A DNA stretch of 48,636 nucleotides, counting the filler, from Sphacelaria rigidula (taxonomy: Eukaryota): the NCBI GenBank assembly GCA_964200075.2. It is 3 parts of 3 records of this genome, joined end to end, with 100 filler letters (N's around TTAATTAATTAA, not from the genome) between each part and the next. Parts side by side here need not be neighbours in the genome. Positions count along the whole stretch, not along the records: positions 32,492 to 48,636 come from CAXNAA020001467.1; 2 more parts are not named here. One strand, written 5' to 3'. The first letter of the stretch is position 1, and the number at the start of each line of letters is the position of its first letter. Under the pieces are notes generated by a model. It was not told the origin of the DNA, ran no database searches, and saw only the letters and a list, made by a program, of their open reading frames with translations. The translations under genes and the position numbers were made by a program. Of this stretch, positions 46,672 to 48,636 are shown piece by piece.

Positions 46672-46938
46672 TTTTTCGTCGCACTTTGAATCCCTCCCCT
46701 TCCTCGGGACGAGTCCGTGGTCTCAAGGGATCAACCCTTCTCTCCCCGGTAGAACATGAGTAAGAAACGGCGATTGCTTAGTGCCCGAAACTATCGGTTG
46801 GTCCTACTCTGCACAATGTTGTATTCTCGTATGTGTATGGAGAGCCTCGCACCTGCCGTCGACATCTTTGAAAGCGATGCAGCTGCGCCCGCTGAGAGTC
46901 CTTGCCTCGGGTGACCCACGTAAAAGCTGCAAGCGTGC
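43530..46938 (-). CDS. Three linked exons of an uncharacterised protein, weakly resembling the FN3-like N-terminus of alpha-L-rhamnosidases (may be the 5' part of the gene at 32879-42114)
   Basis: Exons 46938-46853 (ARLQLLRGSPEARTLSG..., phase 0-2), 45822-45699 (RHQGPIIDPVSP...AGHMK, phase 2-0, strong polypyrimidine tract and AAG|gtgagt) and 43637-43530 (VVWYSEEVSSEEGSMNITIPREEFDVPSVGSEYFWK, phase 0-0). Confidence 0.5.
44325..44960. repeat. Degenerate (catctgagatg/ggatatcc) repeat family, largest copy
   Basis: Dense recurrence of catct(g/a)ggat, ccatc and gatgg motifs; related to 22660-22860 and 29265-29400. Confidence 0.7.
46636..46750 (-). mobile_element. SINE-like family 2, 3' fragment beside a (TAT)n tract
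   Basis: ttcctcgggacgagtccgtggtctcaagg.atcaaccc.tctctccccggt is near-identical to 40020-40070. Confidence 0.7.
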
Positions 46939-47044
46939 CTATAGCGGACGAGGAGGAAGAGCAGAGGAGATGGGGGCACATAGCTTCGAGGGACACCCTT
47001 GCAAGGGCCATCATTGACATACGTAAGGCTTCTCGAAATTACTC

Positions 47045-47252
47045 TAGTAATAGCGTAGAAATGATAATGGTGATGGTAATAATGATGATGATAATGATGA
47101 TAATGGTGATAATAATGATGATGAAAATAGTGTTGACAATGATGTTGACAACAATAATGATGACAATGATAATGATATTAACAACAATAATAATGACGAT
47201 AGTAACAACAACAGTAAAAGTAACAGTAATAATATCAGTAATGATAATAATT
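47045..47252. repeat. Degenerate (AAT/GAT/AAC)n microsatellite
   Basis: Trinucleotide low-complexity tract; this explains the Met/Ile-rich ORF 46902-47531. Confidence 0.9.
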
Positions 47253-47422
47253 CACACCCTGGACAATATATGGTCAATAGACGCAATAGGCGAGAAGTGT
47301 ACTGCATCAAGTATAGGCCTCTTGCAACTATTGCCGGCCGACAAAAGTCGCAATAGGCCTATACTTGATGCAGTACACTTGTCGTCTATTGCATCTATTG
47401 ACCATATATTGTTCAAGGTGTG
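47253..47422. mobile_element. Fold-back MITE with ~77-bp arms and perfect 8-bp TSD
   Basis: cacaccctggacaatatatggtcaatagacgcaataggcgagaagtgtactgcatcaagtataggcctcttgcaact pairs with the right arm ending ...tattgaccatatattgttcaaggtgtg. It is flanked by taataatt at 47245-47252 and 47423-47430 and has CA...TG termini. Confidence 0.85.
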
Positions 47423-48636
47423 TAATAATTACAACAGCAATGATCATAAAAAATATATTGTAATAATCGAAATACTCTACTGTGGTCTGTTGACAACCGG
47501 ACCTTTTGCGGGAACGCGTGCGACGGACTAACCGTGTGAACCTTACAAATGATTAAGTGTCGCAGCACATGCGTGTGGAGACAAACAGATGGCGATGATA
47601 CTACTCAGAAAACATTCGCTCAACTGGCTTGAGAGGTGCACGGAATACAATCAGCCCAAAGTCTCAATGTAATGTAGGAGATGCGTCCAACTCGTCGGCA
47701 TACATACCCCTATGCTGGCGTCGACAAGTGCTGCTACAAAACGTGCTCCCCGGTGGGAAATTCCGTGGGGACTAATGCCGAGATAGCCCCCCCACAAAAA
47801 GTGCACCGGAGACCGCCCGACAAACTGGCTGCGATCCCACTATTGGGCTCGTTTGCAGCAGTTTCGCCCACATGAGAGGTGTGTAGCAGTCCAAGATCAG
47901 CTATAACGGCCAAAAAAGTCGCGTCGTGCAGCACGAAACCAGCTCTAATAGCATTTATGTTGATCGCCTCCGTGCACTTTTTTGGCCGGTTCGGGGGGGA
48001 GGCTATCTCGGCAGCAGTCTGGGGCTCGTGGAATACACATGTTGGGAGCAACAATCGCAATCCACACGTGGACTCAAAGGCCTACGAAAATCAGCGAGTG
48101 GGAAAGGGGTGAGGAGGACGTCGAGAGGGTGAGAGGGGAGAGGTGACTCCTATGAAGAACGGCACGCGTGATCCTCACGCACGTTCCCCGGTGTATTTCA
48201 TTTAGCTCACGTTTTTTTCTTCTTCTACATTTAAACTAATCCGCCACAAATCCAGTCGTAGTCTCAAGAGCGAGGTGACCCTCCAACACACGCCAGGTGT
48301 GAATGATACATCCCACCACAGTTACACTAGGAATAGCACTTTCTACGATAGCCCTTTCCCCTCCCCGCCAAAAAAAGCAGCCCAAAAGTGTCACGAAAAA
48401 AATGGCCATAAAGCGCCTGATGTTTGGGTTCAGGCTACACGAAGCCGCTCATATGGGCGATATCGGCGAGAACAAACCCAAGCGTCGGAATCCCCGTCTG
48501 CTTGTTCGCTCGGATTTTCCCATTTCGAGTCATGTGAAGATTTCGCCTCCCAAAACCAGGCACTTTTTTGGGGGGGGGTGTACTCATGATCATGCTTGCC
48601 ATAGTCATCAGACCATTGACCTCGCATCCCTACAAA

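Noticed and set aside
46902..47531. 209-aa Met/Ile-rich ORF resembling a membrane protein
   Set aside because: It runs through a trinucleotide tract and a fold-back element.

Overview
Eukaryotic, intron-rich and repeat-rich genomic DNA, most likely from a brown alga or related photosynthetic stramenopile (inferred from a nuclear chlorophyll synthase with a bipartite signal peptide plus 'ATAF' plastid-targeting presequence, and from small exons in long introns). The window is not contiguous. Two identical 100-nt spacers (N44-TTAATTAATTAA-N44) join three segments of 16146, 16145 and 16145 nt, which look like unrelated size-sorted contigs. Segment 1 has a terminal PAS-domain exon (+), a complete 8-exon chlG (-) with one GC-AG intron, and the first exon of a MAK/ICK-type kinase (+) head-to-head with chlG. 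Segment 2 has the last three exons of an ankyrin-repeat gene (-) and two exons of a type II membrane, fucosyltransferase-like gene (-). Segment 3 has a chain of phase-compatible minus-strand exons from one or two uncharacterised genes, including an acidic EDDDD-repeat exon and an FN3/alpha-rhamnosidase-N-terminus-like segment. The rest is tRNA-derived SINE-like elements, LINE 3' remnants, several MITEs/fold-backs, composite tandem-repeat elements and microsatellites. Most of the six-frame ORFs are spurious. I found no CRISPR array, rRNA, intact tRNA or clearly novel multi-gene system; the best leads are listed as findings.
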